Below, piece by piece: positions 60,472 through 64,000 of a stretch of DNA of 64,000 nucleotides (within the stretch, counting starts at the first letter, position 1; each line of letters opens with the position of its first letter). A program made the translations under genes and the position numbers. The stretch is from contig OZ024746.1 of the NCBI GenBank assembly GCA_964016885.1, positions 47,120,001 through 47,184,000 on the forward strand, written 5' to 3'. The notes under the pieces are model-generated. The model was not told the DNA's origin, searched no databases, and saw nothing but the letters and a program-made list of their open reading frames with translations. The stretch is from Eledone cirrhosa. Lineage: Eukaryota.

Positions 60472-62382
60472 ACAGTTGCATTTATCTTGCTTTATGTTCA
60501 TACGAGTTATCACCAAGTCACAACCAGTGACCTCAAGAGACAACAAGGTCCGCCATGTTCAAGAAAGAACATACATATTCACACATGCATCTTTAGTGTT
60601 TAGACTTGTGATGTACTTATATTGACAGAATCTTCCTTAGTATATGAGCAGTTCCCATTAGTACTATCTTTTGTATTTCTCCTATACGCGGGTTTCCTGG
60701 GATTTGCGATATGTAATCATTAAACCCCTTAGGTATCATTCCCAGAGCGCCTACAACCACTGGTATTGTTTTAGTTCTCAATTTCCGCATTTTTCCAATT
60801 TCTATCTCCAGGTCCTTATACTTGCTCAATTTTTCAAATGTTTTTATAGATACATTCTTGTCTATTGGAACAGACATATCAATTAGCAGGCATACCCTCT
60901 TTTGAAAGTCTTTCAATATTATATCAGGTCTGTTTGCATCTATTTTTCGGTCTGTTTGGATGTTAAAGTTCCACAAGATTGAGATGTGATCTTTTTCAAG
61001 TATGGGAGGTGGTTGATGCTCCCACCAATTCTTTTGATGGGGCAGGTCAAAATGCTTACACATTATCCAATGTATGTATTGTGCAGCTCTGTCATGCCTG
61101 TTTAGGTATTCGTTTGGAGCTATAGGACTGCACATTGAAATTATATGGTCAATGGTCTCTGGTTGTTTTTTGCATTCACGGCATAATGGGCTGCACCCAT
61201 TTTTTATTATGTTGGCTTGGTAATTTTTTGTTGGCAGACACTGATCTTGTGCCGATATAATCAGTCCTTCAGTCTCCGATTTCAGTCCAGAGGATGCCAA
61301 CCACTGATGGGTTAAAGTTTTGTCAACATCAGGATTGTTAGCTTAGCTCGCTCTGGGTATTTTCCATACAGGGGCTTTTCTTGCCTTTTCTTAGCCAGTT
61401 TCTGTAGCAGTTCTTTCTTTGCAGTTACTTTTACCTGCTTTGCTTTTTCTGTGTTTTCCATTTCAGCAGTAAATGGGACTTCTGAAATTTGTAGTCCAAT
61501 ACTGTATCTTTGTGCATCTTTTGTAATGGAATATGATCTTTTGATGCTTTCGTGTTTCAAAACGAGTTTGATCATCCAATCATGTGATTCCCTTAGATAT
61601 GTAGATAATCCAATTGTTGCAGTTTTCAACGCAATGTCTAACTGGATTAACTCACGTCCTCTTTTTTCCTAGGGAGATATATTCTATCTATATCTGCTTT
61701 AGGGTGATGCATTCTGTGCATGGTTAAGAATTTTCGAATTTTTGTATCGAGCCTACGGATCTCTGTGCTTGACCAGTTGATGACATTGTAACTGTAGGTT
61801 ACTACTGGTATGGCAAGCGTGTTTATGGCATCCATCCTATTCCTTGCATTCAATTCCGTTTTTAAGATTGCTCTCACTCTGCAGTAACATTCCTTCCTTA
61901 TCCTTTCCCTCATTGTCGAGTGCTTGATTCCGTCTCCTTCACAAACACCTAGATATTTGTAAGTTTTTTCTTGATCAATTTCTCTTATCACGTTCCCCCG
62001 ATCAAGATTAATGTCTGAACTCTTCAGCAGCTTTCCTCTGGTGAACGTTGCTTTGGCGCATTTATCTAGTCCAAACTCCATTTTAATGTCATCACTGAAC
62101 TGCTTCACATAATAGCCCTTGCAATTGTTCATCATTTTTTGCAAATAGTTTCAGGTCATCCATGTAGAACAGGTGATTAATGGTTTTGTCATAGACTTTA
62201 TATCCATGTTTTGTTTCATTGAGCATTTTACTTAATGGTATAAGTGCGATGCAGAATAAAAGCGGTGATAAAGAGTCACCCTGAAAAATTCCACACTTAA
62301 TATTAACTTCTCCAGCTTCCAGTGATTTTGTTTCACTATTCAAAAGGAGTGTCGTTTTCCATGTCTTCATACTGAATGATAC
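60472..62382 (-). pseudogene. R4/Dong-like family B copy, 5'-truncated and frameshifted
   Basis: GIFQGDSLSP, LFYMDDLKL, YKYLG, CREC…H…C, RHD, NRPDII…IDMSVP…EKLSKY, VVVGALG, spread over 4 frames. Confidence 0.9.
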
Positions 62383-62405
62383 TTATTATTATTATTATCA
62401 TTGTT

Positions 62406-63373
62406 ATTCCTTGAATCTCAGTCATTGATGTTGGTTAACTGGAAAGTCCGTTGGATTGAATATCAAGCCACTACCTGCAGCCTCAGATATTCAGGACGTA
62501 TCGGAGGGTTCTTGCTGTTCCAAGCAAGCATGCCTTTTGAAGCGTTCCAAAAAGCGTGAAGGGGCCGATTTTCTTCAACCATCCCTGGAAACTTTTGGAG
62601 ATAGTCCCCAGTGCGCCTATGACAATCGGGATCACTTTGACTTCATGGCAGTTCCAAATCCTTTTCACCTCCCACTTTAGGTCCTGGTATCGGTTAATTT
62701 TCTCCCTCTCCTTCTCTTGCACTCTCGTGTCGAACGGGCAGGCCACATCCACAATCAGACACGATCTTTTTTCTTTGTCCACAACCACCAAGTCAGGTCT
62801 ATTGTGTTCCAGTTTTTTGTCCGTCTGTATCCTAAAATCCCACAGCACCTTCACCTGATTGTTCTCCATCACCGCCTCTGGCCTATGCTCATACCATTTC
62901 TCAGAATGTGGTAAATTGTTTACTTTGCACAGGTGCCAGTGGATCACCCTGCCCATCACATCGTGTCTCCAGCCCTTATAGTGGGTCTGGGCTAGGTGTT
63001 TACACTCGGACACAATGTGAGCCACAGTCTCCTCTCTCTCTCCACAGATCCTGCACAGTGGGCTAGCCTCCTCCTTGTAAATATGGTGCTTCAACCACTT
63101 CGTTTTGAGGGCCTGCTCCTGCGCAGCCATTAGCATTCCTTCTGTAGCCTTTTTGAGGTCTCCTCTTCTCAACCAGTTCCATGTCTGTGGATCTCTAAAT
63201 TCAGTTTTCTCAAAGAAGGTACTATGAAGGGATTTTCCCTTAAGGCTGCTCTTCCTCCTTGATGTTATTTCCTCCTTGGACATCCCCTGGCCTACTGTCC
63301 CCTCCTTCAGTACAGTTCTGAGCATTGGCTCCTTACTATAGGTCACGTATTTGTATAGGTTGTTTTTCTCCAT
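62406..63373 (-). mobile_element. R4/Dong-like family A copy 2 (5'-truncated; ZnF-RLE frame open at 62483-63373)
   Basis: Nearly identical to 49246-50212; flanked by (ATT)n. Confidence 0.92.
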
Positions 63374-63408
63374 TTATTATTATTATTATTATTATTATTG
63401 TTATCGTT

Positions 63409-64000
63409 ATTCCTTGAATCTCAGTCATTGATGTTGGTTAACTGGAAAGTCCGTTGGATTGAATATCAAGCCATTACCTGCAGCCTCAGATATTCAGGAC
63501 GTATCGGAGGGTTCTTGCTGTTCCAAGCAAGCATGCCTTTTGAAGCGTTCCAAAAAGCGTGAAGGGGCCGATTTTCTTTAACCATCCCTGGAAACCTTTG
63601 GAGATAGTCCCCAGTGCGCCTATGACAATCGGGATCACTTTGACTTCATGGCAGTTCCAAATCCTTTTCACCTCCCACTTTAGGTCCTGGTATCGGCTAA
63701 TTTTCTCCCTCTCCTTCTCTTGCACTCTCGTGTCGAACGGGCAGGCCACATCCGCAATCAGGCACGATCTTTTTTCTTTGTCCACAACCACCAGGTCAGG
63801 TCTATTGTGTTCCAGTTTTTTGTCCGTCTGTATCCTAAAATCCCACAGCACCTTCACCGGACTGTTCTCCATCACCGCCTCTGGCCTATGCTCATACCAT
63901 TTCTCAGAATGTGGTAGATTGTTTACTTTGCACAGCTGCCAGTGGATCACCCTGCCCATCACATCGTGTCTCCAGCCCTTATAGTGGGTCTGGGCTAGGT
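63409..64000 (-). mobile_element. R4/Dong-like family A copy 3 (runs off the window)
   Basis: RLE domain at 63486-63962 with a few substitutions relative to copies 1 and 2. Confidence 0.92.

Overview
This is AT-rich, microsatellite-dense animal DNA. The recurrent ~190-bp tRNA-like SINE suggests an octopus or other cephalopod, which is an inference from recalled repeat sequence. I found no recognisable host gene; the window is a collection of mobile elements sorted by microsatellite type. (TACA)n hosts an intact RTE LINE (APE-RT plus 3 C2H2 fingers, 885-4430, minus). (TA)n tracts host Penelope-like elements (PLEs): two RT+GIY-YIG ORFs (24013-26115, 30627-33323), many fold-back pseudo-LTR remnants, and at least 8 clear plus about 5 variant hammerhead ribozyme (HHR) motifs. 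Among these is a non-coding, ~420-nt HHR-bearing unit in a tandem/inverted array (21.9-23.85 kb). One sense unit begins at the predicted self-cleavage site, so it is retrozyme-like. (ATT)n hosts a ~15-kb array of six R4/Dong-like RLE-LINE copies (minus) and one intact two-ORF Tx1-like LINE in the opposite orientation (49.2-64 kb). There is also a non-autonomous Helitron, an internally deleted RTE derivative, and several SINE copies, three with clear TSDs. All motif and structure calls were made by eye.
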